NCBI RefSeq assembly: GCF_000143415.4
Contig: NW_003314262.1
Span: 2,778,603 to 2,842,602, forward strand
DNA length: 64,000 nt
Source: Selaginella moellendorffii
Taxonomy: Eukaryota > Plantae > Lycopodiophyta
Reading direction: 5' to 3'
In this document: positions 48,278 through 61,697 of the stretch, one piece after another
Layout of the letters: each line of letters begins with the position of its first letter
Numbering within the stretch: the first letter of the stretch is position 1
Notes under the pieces: generated by a model
The model's database searches: none
Seen by the model: the letters and a program-made list of their open reading frames with translations, nothing else
Told to the model about the DNA's origin: nothing
Translations under genes and position numbers: made by a program

Positions 48278-48599
48278 ATGTTTCCTCGATGCCAACTTAA
48301 ACTTGTTCTTCAATGGGACTAGGAAAACTTGTTTTCATCAGATTTTCAATGAGTTCATGTAAGTGCATAATGCTTCCTATTTTGTGAATTGCCAGTTTTC
48401 ACCCTCATTCATACAGAGATTTGCAGCTCAGCCGGGGAGTTGCAAAGTTAGCTCTGAAGCCAGCTTGCTTGTTTCTCTGTCAGGCCGACCGAGTTTTTGA
48501 TACAAAAGGCAGCGACTGCTGGCAACGACTGCTCATATTGTATATATGAAGCTATATATACATGGGCTGTGGCAACTGCCTAATGCCACATCATCCTAA

Positions 48600-49440
48600 C
48601 TGCCTAGCTAAGCATCTACCTGAGCATCTACTCTCAACAGTTTTGATCCGGTGGAAGGCTGGGCTTGCAAAACTGCGAAGGGGATGAAACGAACAGCAAC
48701 TGGATGCCCCGGGCACATCCTGCATCCAGCAGAGAATGGGATCGTCTCCCGAAAGGCTCCACGGTGCTCATGGACATCTGGCAATCGGAAGAGATCCAAA
48801 ACACTGGCCTAACCCAGAAGACTTTCGTCCTACCGTGTAGCTGGCTAATGCCTCTTTCAGGATTGCGTGCATGTAAGGCAAGCCGGGGACATCTGAAGGC
48901 CTTAAGAGGCGCTTGGTCCCAATTGCGTCTTGGATTTCTTCATGCGGTTTTTGCATGACCAAGGGGTTCTGAATCATTTCTTCCATCGCCCAGTACAGCT
49001 CCCTTCATGCTGTCAATTCAGCTGCAACCGGATCAAGAACTTTGCGTTTACTTACAGTGAGCAGGGCCATGTCTGAGAGATTATTATCAGCAGCGTCTTG
49101 CAGAGACAGAAGCACATCCGTCCAGTCCTTGGGAATGAATTCCTGGCCCGAGGATTCAATCTCGAGTTTGCAACTTTGGCATCAGATCGTCCCTTATTCT
49201 CCGGTTCACTCCATGGAGATCAAGACAATCAAGTGGCGGTATGAACTTCCCGACATTGATGCTCATCTTCAGGTTCTTCCAGAACCGTAAGGAGCAAGCA
49301 TAACATCTTTCCATCCGAAGTTGAAGTTGAAGTTTTTCCACTAGATAGTTCGTACAATTTCTAAAACCCTTTGATGTAGCAATGTTGAGGTGTCTACAAC
49401 AAGGAGGTGAGAGAGCAGCAGAAGAACAAGAATCCATTGC
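48600..49440 (-). pseudogene. Cytochrome P450 fragments, copy 2
   Basis: TIPFSAGCRMCPG; MEEMIQNP...DVPGLPYMHAILKEAL. Confidence 0.72.
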
Positions 49441-51410
49441 CTTCTATATTAAAAAACACTAAGATAAATTTTGAGTATTTAGGCTTGTTTGATAAAGTTT
49501 TCAGCTTTTCATTCTGTTAAAAAAAAAGTTTAGAATATATATATAAACAGGTTAGAAAATGTTAGCAATTACTTCAGTTAGTTTAATTAGGAGAGAAATA
49601 AAGTGTGTTATATAGGTACAAATAGTCTTGGATTACTAATGAGGCAAATGAAAATGAATTTATTTTTAATATAAGAACCTGATATATAAATAATACTTTT
49701 GGTGTGATATGGGAATTAGACATTTGGACAAAATCAAAATTATATTTAAGGTAATACCCTAAGTTGGGAAGAATTAGTGTAGTGATTTGCTAACTTTTTA
49801 AGCTTAAAATCTCAAATTGTCTCATTGATGCTAATACATTTTAAGGTGGTATGATTTGATATGAAGAAAATAAAAAGCCACAAAAGTGTAAATGTGGGGA
49901 GGTATGATATAAACATAATATCCCTTTATATATAAAATATATCATTTCACTATCCTCACCTAATATAGTGACTGGATGAATTCCTAATGCTTTAAAAAAG
50001 AAATGAAATGAAGAACCTCCCACAAATCTCAAAATGAGATTCATGCTCTCTCTTATGAAGAAAAAAAAGGCCACAAGAGTGTAAACCAGGAGTAAAAAAT
50101 TCTTATATATGGCTTAATGACAATACTTGTTTACATACAACATGAAGATTAGAAACTATGTCATCTTTCTTTCTCCTAACACAATGAACTTGCATGTATG
50201 GGTGTTTCCACACAGCCCTCCTCCATTGCAAATCACAAAGTTACGAGCACAAGTAAAAAAGGAAGGTGAAGAAGAAGATTTCACTGTCATAGAGATTACA
50301 AAAGTAGTGTTGGATCTATAGAATGTAGAAAAAATGATTTTGCTAGTGCAAGATGACATATCAAATAAAGTTTATATCATTGTAAATGATGTAATGGTTA
50401 TGTATGATATATATGCTTTGCATTAATTGTTTATTTTCACTCATTTTTTCTTTACAAAGCTACTACTGCAGACCTTGGACCACAATTCCACATTGTATGG
50501 TGTGAGGTGGTTGAACATGAGATGGCAAAAAAAGTCATTTAACCACACTTTCATGTACCCAAGTGTGTGTCATTCAAATTACTCCAAAAATCTTGGTTAT
50601 TTGGCCATGAAAGAATCTAAAATGGAAACCACACACATTAGTACATGCATTGGAGAGGAATTGGCATAAATTAGTTATTTACTTACATGCAAGTATTATG
50701 TTGTAATAATCCACACTCCCTACATCAGACTCACTAACCCAAAAAGAAAAAGCCTTAAAAAGAAAAGCAAAAGCCCCTTATGAGCACAATAAACCATTGC
50801 AATGCCAAAAATCTATAAAAATGTGAAAAATAAATGGAGCTAATATTTTATTACAACTACCATATGATTCAATTATTTGCTGCAAAACCACCATACTCAA
50901 CACGAAGCCAACCAAGAAAAATCCTCTGTGCCATTACCTAATGCCCTTTTTTAATCAATCACTCTTAATTACAATAAGCTCTCACATATAACACTTTAAG
51001 CACTATGTAGCCTAAATTAGTGCATAATTGTGGTACGTGCTCTTGTGTGAGAAATGCAAGTGCTCTCTCATGAGAAGTGAGAGGCAAATGACATAGTTGA
51101 ATGTGTAAAGGAAAGGAGAGAGAAGTCACAATCCGAAAATCAGAAATTGAATGAGAAAAAGGCAAGAATGAAGAAAAATAAACTTTATTAAATTTGCAAT
51201 GAGATCACATTATTTGAAATGAATTGATATCAAAGTTGCATATGCAGTCTGAGGTGTCGCTCAATGAATACACAGCATATCCAATGACAAAAATATTATA
51301 CCACAGTCACATTTAAATTGCTATTATAACCAAAAAAAAATACATCCATGGATCTGCATGGTTGCCACCATACTTAAAAATGCCCATATATGCTTTGTGT
51401 ATGGCAGGTT

Positions 51411-52596
51411 TCATATAGAACTTTTGCCAATAAGACTGAAGCGCAGAATGTCACGTAATGACTTCAGAACGTCACCAACAACCGGTCTTTGGGATGGCTT
51501 GCCACAACATTGACATATTAGAGCCTCCAGCTCTGCTGTTGGCTTCTGGATGGTAGGCTGCGACGAGACCAACTGGGAGAATGTCATTCCAAGGCTGTAA
51601 AGGTCTACCGATCTTGAGTACACGCTCTCACCATTTCTTCTACTTTCTTCACTCCGTAGCTCGGGGGCCATGAAAATACTCGTCCCTACTGGAGCTGTAT
51701 GTGAGAGTTCAGTATTGAAGTTGATGCATGCAGTACCGAAATCAGCGAGTTTCAGGACAAACTACTCTTCGTCCTCGTCAGTGAAATCGATTAGAACATT
51801 TTTTGGCTTGAGGTCTCTGTGCACAATGTTTGTCCCATGCAAGAACTCGAGGCCCTTGGTAATCTGGAGCAGCATCTCGACCAATTGCAAATGCGTGAGC
51901 CCTTTGTTCTTGCTTGCATACTCTTTTAGATCCATCCTCATTACCTCCATGACCAAGTGGGTACAGCTTTCGTCAACCTTCTTGTAGTAGCCAATGGTTT
52001 GAACAATGTGAGGAGCAGCCTGTATACTTGATAGTGCACGCAGTTCTGGTGATAGATGATGAAACTCCTTAACTGCAACTAACTGTTGATGCCACGTGCC
52101 TTTACGAACAACACCAAAGCTTCCTCTACCGAGCATTTCCCCAAAATGAACACTCACATTCTCTGAATTCAACTCGGGCAACTCTGAAGAATTTACTCTC
52201 TCTGTAGTATGTATTCAGCATAGTGACTTCGAAGTCCCCCATCTCGGGCCTGTTTTTCTAGTACGGCTTTGTCGAGCTGGGCTACTGCATAGACTTGTGG
52301 CAAGAAAGCCTGAATGGGACTGGCACCAATGAGCCCGCACATGAAATGAAGTTCCTCAACGATCTCCTCAATTTCCAATTCCCTGTCGTATTTCACAGCC
52401 ACAAGCCACTCCCAATGCTCCTCAAGCACGGAACACTCTCGAATCAGCCCGTTCGCTTTCCTGATGAATTGTCTTAGCCTCCTCAAGAAGAGCTTACTGC
52501 CTGCATACCCTCTCGCCATTTGAACGCTCGCCTTGCAAACCAAACTCAACAGCTTGCACTGTTTGTTATGGACTCCAACAGCACTTGCAGCACTTG
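51411..52596 (-). pseudogene. C2-4HB-kinase paralog 3, 5'-deleted
   Basis: Kinase and 4HB remain (HRDLKPKN) with a stop and a frameshift; C2 domain and start missing. Confidence 0.87.
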
Positions 52597-54215
52597 CAGC
52601 TCGATAATGATGAGGATCTCGAGGTGACGAGGGGTCCTTTCCTAGGTCCAAGTTCCTCTATTGTGCAGATTTTTGGATGGTGCCACTGCCACTATACTGG
52701 CAAGCGTTACATACTTACTGAGAATCACTACTGTCGCATATTTGCGGAGAGTAGCGACCGTAACAGACAGGTACTCCTCGTGTCTTGCCTTCTGGAAGTC
52801 ACTTACCAAGTTGTACAAACTGTTCTACACTTGCATAGACATGATTTTCAGGAACTTAAGATTGACTTGAGGCTGCATAATACTGTTGAGTTCATGGTTT
52901 ACTGGTGACGACGAGAAAGAGGGAATGCAACAAGCTTGAAGAGCTTACTCTGTGAATCATTAAAATTGTTTGTGAAGGTGGCTGAAACTAGTTATGGTGA
53001 ACTATATTCAGAGGTCCTGAAAAAAATCGTGAACCAGAGTGACTATGACTTTCCAGACATGGATGTGATAATCAATATCTTGCAAGCCTTTCGAAGACAG
53101 CACACAGGTGTGTATAAACGTAACAGGCTATGAATTTGAGCTCACGCTGACAGGACAGATGCTAAGTGGAGACAGACAGACATTAATCCACACTCTGAGC
53201 TCCATTCCAAACGTATATATGTTAAAGGCCTTTACGGACACCGACCCTGCCACAGAATTGAGCTTCACAGTTCCAATGTGCTCCCTGCACAGTTTGAGAA
53301 CCTGCCTAAGGTGGTAAAGAAGTCTACTCTCTAGCTTAGTAGTCCATACACATCTGACTTTTGGCTTTCAGGTTATTGCAGGACTCAGGACTCTGTGGCA
53401 CCCCCACATCTTGCGGTACTATGCATCTGAGGCAGGCGTTGAAGCAATAAACTATCCATGGATTGTAAATTGCATGCTGTTCATTTATGAGGAGGACGTA
53501 CCTGGAATAACACTTGCAAGTCTGTCATTCAACGAAGATGAAGTTCGACAATACACTTATCAGATTTTATCTGGCTTGGTGTATCTTCATGGCAGAGGCA
53601 CAAGACACGGGTTCATGCTTTAAGATTGATGGTGAAAACTTCACACTGATCTGTAGATTCTTTGTCAGGGCGCTCACAGCTGCAAACATACTCGTGGATA
53701 CTTCGCATAAAGTTGTTAAGCTATCTCATTATGGCATCGCTTTGCAATCGGTACGTGTCTAGTCTGTGACATCTGAAACTGTTACGATTTTCCTTACCAG
53801 ATTGAGGTCGTTCCTGAGATGCCGGCTGAGGTTTGTGAATTGATAATCGTGGCCACATTGCTGAAACTTGTATCTCCAGTATTGTGATAGGCTTTCAGCG
53901 GATGTTTGGAGCCTGGGCTGTGTTGTACTTGAAATGATCAAGAATTTGGAGCCACAGAGTAAATACTCAAGCACGGTTTGTATGCTCCCTTTGCATTTTT
54001 GTAAACATTTTAAGTGGTTGGTTTCATCACAGCTCTCACACTTCTTTGGACGGGAAGTAGTCAACGTCCAATCTGCTGAGGAGGAGACCCCTGAAATGCC
54101 TGGGAACAGGTTCCTAGTCGAATGCAATCACTTTTTGCATCAGTGCTTCGAAAGAGGAACAAACAGACCCACAGCGGAGCAACTGCTTTGTCATCCTTTC
54201 GTGCACCGGGTAAGC
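52597..54215 (+). pseudogene. 4HB-tandem pseudokinase paralog 3, 5'-deleted
   Basis: Begins mid-exon (LDNDEDLEVT) directly abutting the minus-strand paralog. Confidence 0.87.
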
Positions 54216-54221
54216 TGGTCT

Positions 54222-54800
54222 TTCATTAAGGTTTTCCTGTTCTGTCCGCTAGCGCGGTGCGCTTTGATCCCGATTTGTCTCATGGTATCGGAGCTGGGAT
54301 AGTGCTATGGAAGGAAAGCCATCCATCCGCGAGTTTGATGGAGAAGGGTTTGAGGGATTCAAGATCCATCTTGAATCCTATCTCTTGTTTCATGGTTTGT
54401 TGGGGATTGTAGATGGGACAGAGTCATCACCGGCTCCAGGCTCTAGCGCTGCTGAGGTGCGTGATTGGAACCTTCGGGATTCCAAGGCTAGAGGGAGTAT
54501 TGCGATGTGCTTGTCCTCAAATGTTCTCTTTGCTGCCCCATCAATTCCAAAGTCCACTGCCGCAGAGCTTTGGAAGTGGCTGAGTGACACTTATGGCACC
54601 AAGAGTGAAATGGATGTCTTCAACATCCATTCACAAATGGATTCCTTGAGGCTAGAGGAAAATGGCAGTATCTAGACTCACACTGCTAAGCTCCAGGGCT
54701 TCTTCACACAACTTGCGGCTGCTGGGGCAAAGCACTGTCTCACGGATGAGCAGCAGAGGCTGCGGCTTTACAGGTCCTTGCCCGCGAGCTGTTTTCATGC
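54222..54800 (+). mobile_element. Truncated copia element: LTR end, PBS, gag
   Basis: ...CA then TGGTATCGGAGC (54283-54294); gag MEGKPSIREFDGEGF...GLLGIVDGTE...W...DSKARG (54307-54675). Confidence 0.8.
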
Positions 54801-55188
54801 TAGATGCACCGTCACCAACTTTTTCAGGAATTGAAACGGCCGTGGAAAAAAGGAAGACTGCGTTCGTAATACAAGAATTGAATGCTCTGAGGTTCCCAGG
54901 CTCAGTGATAAGGCACTTTAGGATCTAATTTTCTGAAGATCGATAACAGAGTTTGATTGTTGTGGAGCGGGCTCATACAAGCCTTGCCTGTTGCACAATG
55001 TAATACCAAGTGAACTTTAGTTTTCATTAGTCATCATCCATTCATTCATATGCTTCTGCGGTGCTCAAGAGGCACGAGTGACTTTAAACACTAGATTTAT
55101 AAGTGAGAGATACAGATTCCTTGATCACTGTTGTAATGGATTATAATATTTACATTGGTATGCATGGTTTCTGAATTGGGGCATTTTT

Positions 55189-56420
55189 ATGGCTTCGGCG
55201 GGAAATCTCTTGTGCGTCTTGGCCATGGCGGCCACCGCGGCTCTGGCTGTGGCGAGCTCCTGGGAGTTATGCGGTAAGCGCGTTGCTTTCCCTCGTCCTT
55301 TCTAGCTGCTTGGCGAATTAGGGCATAATCTCTTCCTTTAGACAAGTACAAGAGCTATCCCGTCAAGATCAAGGACGTGGAGGTCCTGCCGGATCCCGTT
55401 GTGAGCGGCCAGGATGCGGCATTCGTTGTTCCAGCGAGCACAAGTAGGTTTTCTCTGCGAGATTTCTTTCTAAGTGATTATTGCGTGATTCTTTGCGAAT
55501 TGCTGCTCTTTCAAGGTGTTCCAATCAAGTCCGGCACTGTGATTGTCACTGTGCTATGGCATAACATCCCTGTGCATCGAGAGGTGGACAAAGTGCCCAA
55601 TTGCTGCTGGTGATTTCGTCTTGAACAGCACCCAAGCGCTGCCTGGATTTACGCCCTCTGTAAGTCACAGGATTTTTCTTTCTTTTGTTCTTTAGATCTT
55701 CTCTCTCAGGGGAAGTACAAGATTAGAATGCAGATCGCTTGTGCAAAACATCCAGTTCCAGATCGTTTGGCGACGATTAGACAAGTTATTAAGTTTCGCA
55801 AAAGCAATAAAAAGGGTTCTGTGCTAGAAGCTTTACCAGAGCTTACTGCTTCTAGCTGTTCTTTCTGTCTCGGCTGCAGCTCCTGGGCACCTTGTGGTGA
55901 GTTATCTTTTGATTTTCCTTTGTTTTGTTAACTCGTTTCCCGTATCATCGCCCTCGTAGACGTGAAAGTTGTCGTGGACCCTGCGATTACTGGCGAAGAC
56001 GTCGAGTTCCAAGTCACTGGTTCATCAAGTTAAATTCTTCTTCAGAGCTGTATATGTGTATTAAAGAGCGTGAGTTTTCCATCAGGTGCTAGATTGGCGT
56101 CGGGAAAGCTTGCGATCACAGTCTACTTCCATGGAATTTTTGTGCGCAGGGAGATCTACGATCTGTGCCAGAAAACAAGCTGTCCAGTTGAAGCAGGAAA
56201 CTTTGTGCTCAAGAGCGCCCAAAACTTGCCATCGGTCACGCCATCGGTAAGAAGATCTTCGTACAAACTTTGGATCTAAAGCTTTTATTCTTGCAGGGAG
56301 CGTATCGATTGAAGCTCGAGATGTTAGACCCCAAGAACAAACTCCTCGCTTGCGCGATGGTCAATTTCGATATTGTAAGACCAAATCCACTCACACCAAC
56401 GACAAGTGGCAAGACAGCAT
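55189..56420 (+). pseudogene. Two degenerate ML (MD-2-related lipid recognition) genes
   Basis: Copies of 60901-61594 and 61698-62316 with internal deletions. Confidence 0.8.
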
Positions 56421-56510
56421 CAAAGGAACAAAAATTGTCTTTTGCAAATATTGCGAAGTTAGACTTTAGTAGTCCCTAGGTGGGTGGTATATTTGCTTAG
56501 TTTTCACAGG

Positions 56511-56570
56511 TGCACTGCCCGGGAATGAAAAACCCGGATCTGTTCCGTGGCAGGACTATTCTACCACTGC
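56511..56570 (-). pseudogene. tRNA-Gly(GCC) remnant
   Basis: Minus strand AGTGGTAGAATAGT-CCTGCCACGGAACAGATCCGGGTTTTTCATTCCCGGGCAGTGCA resembles plant tRNA-Gly(GCC); 5' acceptor strand missing, T loop altered. Confidence 0.7.
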
Positions 56571-56939
56571 TTAAGTCAAATAAATGAGTTAAAATTTAGT
56601 CGTGCTAGCTCGGGGAGATGAAGATGACGTCGCTCGCAGCGGGCTCGTCCTGCTGGCGTCGGATTTGCTCCTCAAGCTCGAAATCAACAAGATTTTAAGT
56701 AAGCCTTCGCTATTATCTGGTCCCAATTTTACAATTACACTGATTTACCACCCACCTAGTCAATATTAGCGACAAGCCTGCCAATGATTTTTGTTCTTCT
56801 GCTGTTTCTCGCCTCCCTATTGTCGGCACAGCCTCTCATTCATACACCTCAGCATCTATATTGCTCTATTCCTGCTACTGATTTCTGGTGGCGGGCATCT
56901 TTATTCTTGTTAGTTTGGTTATATAGCGAAATATAAAAT

Positions 56940-57755
56940 GGAGCCATTCGCACTTGCGCTTTATATAAAAATATTTTAAAATGTGTATTTTAATTTTTGT
57001 GACTGTTGCATTCGCACTTCAATAGTTTTTAGGTTGTTTTAAGCTTTAAGTATGCATTTTAAAACATTTTCATTCCCACCTGCATAAGTTTTTGTAGTAA
57101 AAATTTAACGTAAAACACTAGTGACTTCGCACTTGACTTACTTTAAAATGTCTTCAAAATAAACCAAGATTCGAGAGATCCACATTTCCACGGCCTCAGC
57201 CCTGAGGCAGCCTGCCTCCTCAAGCAACAGCTGGGCTTGGTGCTCTTCCCAGATCCACCACGGTTGCTCCTCACTTCACGAGCAGCACCTCCTCACTAGA
57301 TGCCACTGCCCTAAACCTGTGTTAAACCCTACAGCTCCTCCTTCCCCAAAATCGGCTCTTCCTTCCTCCACTGAATCCCCAACAGGATCTAACCCTAGGG
57401 CGATGACTACTGTCGGCTCCCCCGCCATAAAATGCCTGAGATCACAGCAGCTCGCGGCAAAAAACTGAAATGCCCTAATCAGGGCGCTAGAATCTTTGGG
57501 GAATCTCGGAGATTCCTTTTAAAAATATTTTAAGTTTAAAAGAACCCCCCCCCCCATCTTTTAAAATCGGTCTGAATGTTTTAAAAAGTGAAAACATTGT
57601 GTTAAAGTTAGCACTATGTGCGAATCAAAATGTTTTAAAAAAATATCCTAAATTTTAATGTAAAGTAATTTACTTTATTTTAAAACATAGTGCGAATGTA
57701 TTCATCACTTAAATTTAACACATTTCAAGAATAAAGAGCAAGTGCGAATAGCTCC
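56940..57755. mobile_element. MITE / non-autonomous TIR element (~816 bp)
   Basis: Imperfect TIRs GGAGCCATTCGCACTTGCGCTTTAT / GGAGCTATTCGCACTTGCTCTTTAT; flanked by AAT on both sides; subterminal TTCGCAC repeats; no ORF. Confidence 0.75.
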
Positions 57756-58032
57756 AATATTCCCTAAGTTTTACAATATGTGTTAAGTCAGCTTTCATGT
57801 CGAAACTTGTTGATGATCAAAAGAAGAGAGAAAAACAAAAAAGCTGAGAGAGAAGAAGACTAGTTCTATGGATTTGAGATATGATTTGTTATAGTTATAA
57901 CAAACTATTATTTATTGACTCCCTGTTGACTTGGCTCCTATTTTGCCAACTTGGTGGAGCTCAAGAAGATGAACAGCGCTTATATCTGCATACCCCCTCC
58001 CCCCTTCACCCAAGCCAAGTCAAAGCCTGGGT

Positions 58033-60419
58033 ATGGAGGACATACTGAGGTTGATCGATGCGATTTCTAAGCTTGCGCCAAATGCCAAAGCGTATCCTCG
58101 TCTATGCAGGCTACTGTTTTTGGTATGCAATCAACATGCCCTGTACTGCCGCTTGTGGGGGCAGATCATCAATGCCGGGCTACCTTTCTCAATCCCACCC
58201 CTATCTGCGGCCTTGGAGCGCCTTGCCCATGTATTGGATAGAGTGAAGGAATTTCTCGGGCAATGTAGTCATAAAGAGCACTGGGAGTGGATCGCTGCAT
58301 CCAGGTATGACAGAAGATGGGAAGTTGTGGAATTTCTGTCAGAGCTTCAGGAATGTGTGGACATAATCAACTCGGACGCAATTGGAAGGTCAGAGGGTAT
58401 TTGGGCGGGCCGTGTTCTTGAGCGGCTGTCCGATATTGAGCAGGAGCAGGATCTGTATTATGACCTCCACAGTTTGGCAAACGAAGATTGTGCCGAATTG
58501 GTGAAGAATGCAAGTTCAGAGGAGCTTGTCGTGTACTTATCTCAAAGACAAAGCGGCTACTGTCCAAGAATAAACATGGAAGATTGGCCTGCTGGTCCTA
58601 CTGAGGAGTGGTTTGGTTGGCTGGGTCAGGCTGCTAAACTTGTGGAGCTCGATTATGATGAGGATCTTGAGGTGACAAAGGGTCCTTTCCTAGGTCCAAG
58701 TTCCTCTATTGTGCAGATTTTTGGATGGTGTCACTGCCACGATACTGGGAAGCGTTACATACTTACCGAGAATCGCGAGCGTCGCATATTTACGGAGAGT
58801 AGCGACCGTCACAGTCACCATAGTGAGGCACTCACCGTGTCTTGCCTTCTAGAAGTCACTTACCAAGTTGTACAAACTGTTCTACACTTGCATAAACATG
58901 GTTTTCGGGAAGTTGAGATTGACCTGAGGCTGCATAATACTGTTGAGTTCATGATTTACTGGTGGCGATCAGAAAAGAGGAATGAGATAAGCTTGAAGAG
59001 CTTACTTTGTGAATCATTAAAACTATTTGTAAAGCTGGCTGAAGTTAATTATGGTGAACAAAATGCAGAGGCCCTGAAAGAAATCATGAACCAAAGTGAC
59101 TCTGACTTTTCAGACATGGATGTGATAATCGATATCTTGCAAGCCTTTCGAAGACAGCATGCAGGTGTGTATAAACGTAATAGGCTATGAATTTGAGCTC
59201 ATGCTGGCAGGACAGGTGGTGACACTGCTGAGTGGAGACAGACAAACATTATTCCACACTCTGAGCTCCACTCCAAACATATATATGTTCAAGGCCTTTA
59301 CAGAGGCCAACCCTGCCGCAGAATTCTGCTTTACAGTTCCGATGTGCTCCCTGCACAATTTAAGAACCTGCCTAAGGTGGGAAGTAGTCTACTCTCTAGC
59401 TTAGTAGCTCATGCACATCTAACTTATGACTTTCAGCGAGTTGCAGAACTCAGCGCTCTGCGGCACCCCCACATCGTGCAGTACTATGCATCTGAGGCAG
59501 TCGTTGAAGCTATAAACTATCCATGGATTGTGAATTGCATGCTGTTCATTTATGAGAAGAACGTACGTGGAAAAGCACTTGCAAGTGTGTCATTCAACGA
59601 AGATGCAGTTCGAAGCTACACTTATCAGATTTTATCTGGCTTGGTGTATCTTCATAGCAGACGCACAAGACACGGGTTCATGCTTTAAGATTGATCAATT
59701 CCAAATGAAAACTTCATACGGATCTGTAGATTCTTTGTCAGGGCGCTCACAGCTGCAAACATACTTGTGGATACTTCGCATGAAGTTGTTAAGCTCTCTC
59801 ATTATGGCATCGCTTTGCAATCGGTACGTGTCTAGTCTGTAAACTCTGAAACTGTTACAATTTTCCTTACCAGATAGAGGTCGTTCCTGAGATGCCGGCT
59901 GAGGTTTGTGGATTGATAATCGTGGCCACATTGCTGAAACTTGTATTTCCAGTATTGTGATAGTCTTTCAGCGGATGTTTGGAGCCTGGGCTGTGTTGTA
60001 CTTGAAATGATCAAGAATTTGGAGCCACAGAGTAAATACTTAAGCATCAGCAAAGATTTCTTTCCCTCCAGGGTTTGTCTGCTCCCTTTGCATTTTTTTC
60101 TGTTTTACATTTTAAGTTCACAGCGCTCTCACTTCTTTGGACGGGAAGTTGACGTCCAATCTGGTCCGGAGGAGACCCCTAACAGCTTCCTGGTCGAATG
60201 CCATCACTTTTTGGATCGGTGTTTCGAAAGAGGAACAAACAGACCCACAGCGGTGCAACTGGTTGATCATCCTTTTGTGCGTGGTTTTCGCAGCCTGGTA
60301 AGCTGGTCTTTACATAAACAAACATAATAATATACGAGGTATTATTTGCTTGCTAGGCACGCATTAAACGTTTGGAAGAATTGGCAGCGTTGCAAGAAGA
60401 GGCTTTGAGTAGGCATTAG
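58033..60419 (+). CDS. 4HB-tandem pseudokinase paralog 4 (apparently most complete); minus-strand partner lost
   Basis: 385-aa first-exon ORF plus GT-AG-bounded kinase-like exons; only ~80 bp of the shared promoter remains at 57951-58030. Confidence 0.7.
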
Positions 60420-60900
60420 AGACTGAGTTCGTAATAAGAATGGAATGCTCTGTGGTTCCCAGGCTCAGTGATTAAGTACTTTAGAATCTAGTTTTCTGAA
60501 GATCTATACAAAGGCCAGGCACAAGGGACGAGGTGGATGTAGATGCCCATGAGATTGGACGACAAACAGCCACCCTCAAGAGCTGGCGGAACAATGGGTG
60601 ACAGCCATCGACAAAGGAAGGTTTGCATTTATCCTGTATGGAGACTCGTGTGTTGCAACATATTTGAACCCATTAATCTCATGCTTTTTGGCGCTGCAAG
60701 ACTTTGTAAAGAGTATATGAATGAATGAATGAATGAAATAACAGAGTTTTATTGTCATACAAGCCTTGCCTGTTTCATCGTTCATTCATTCATATACTGT
60801 TTACATGGTCCTGCGTTGCTCAAGAAGTATGAGTTACTTTAAACACTTCATACATGGATTATAAAATTGGTATGTATGGTTTCTGAATTGGGGCATTTTT

Positions 60901-61594
60901 ATGGCTTCGGCGGGAAATCTCTTGTGCGTCTTGGCCATGGCGGCCACCGCGGCTCTGGCTGTGGCGAGCTCCTGGGAGTTATGCGGTAAGCGCGTTGCAT
61001 TCCCTCGTCCTTTCTAGCTGCTTGGCGAATTAGGGCATAACAATCCTTGCTCTCTTCCTTTAGACAAGTACAAGAGCTATTCCGTCAAGATCAAGGACGT
61101 GGAGGTCCTGCCGGATCCCGTTGTGAGCGGCCAGGATGCGGCATTCGTTGTTCCAGCGAGCACAAGTAGGTTTTCTCTGCGAGATTTCTGTGTAAGTGAT
61201 TATTGCGTGATTCTTTGCGAATTGTCTGCTTTTTCAAGGTGTTCCAATCAAGTCCGGCACTGTGATTGTCACTGTGCTATGGCATAACATCCCTGTGCAC
61301 CGAGAGGTGGACGATTTGTGCGAGAAAACAAAGTGCCCAATTGCTGCTGGTGATTTCGTCTTGAACAGCACCCAAGCGCTCCCTGGATTTACGCCCTCTG
61401 TAAGTCACAGGAATTTTTTTTCTTTTGTTTTTTAGATCTTCTCTCTCACTCTCGCAAACTTTCTCTCTCTCTCTCTCTCTCTCTCTCAGGGGAAGTACAA
61501 GATTAGAATGCAGATCGTTCAGGGCTCCAGCCTTTTGGCCTGTGCAAACATCCAGTTCCAGATCGTTTGGCGACGATTAGACGCGGCAGCGTAA
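60901..61594 (+). CDS. ML domain (MD-2-related lipid recognition / NPC2-like) protein 1, 4 exons
   Basis: Signal peptide MASAGNLLCVLAM; WELC, VEVLPDPVVSG, DLCEKTKCPIAAGDF, LPGFTP, GKYKIRM, LLAC. Confidence 0.88.
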
Positions 61595-61697
61595 GCTTTT
61601 TAAGTTTCGCAAAAACGATAAAAAGGGTTCTGTGCTTTCCTTTTGAGTTGCCTATTTATGAATCGAAAAGGCTTTGGCCTCTTTGTGAAACCTAGCT

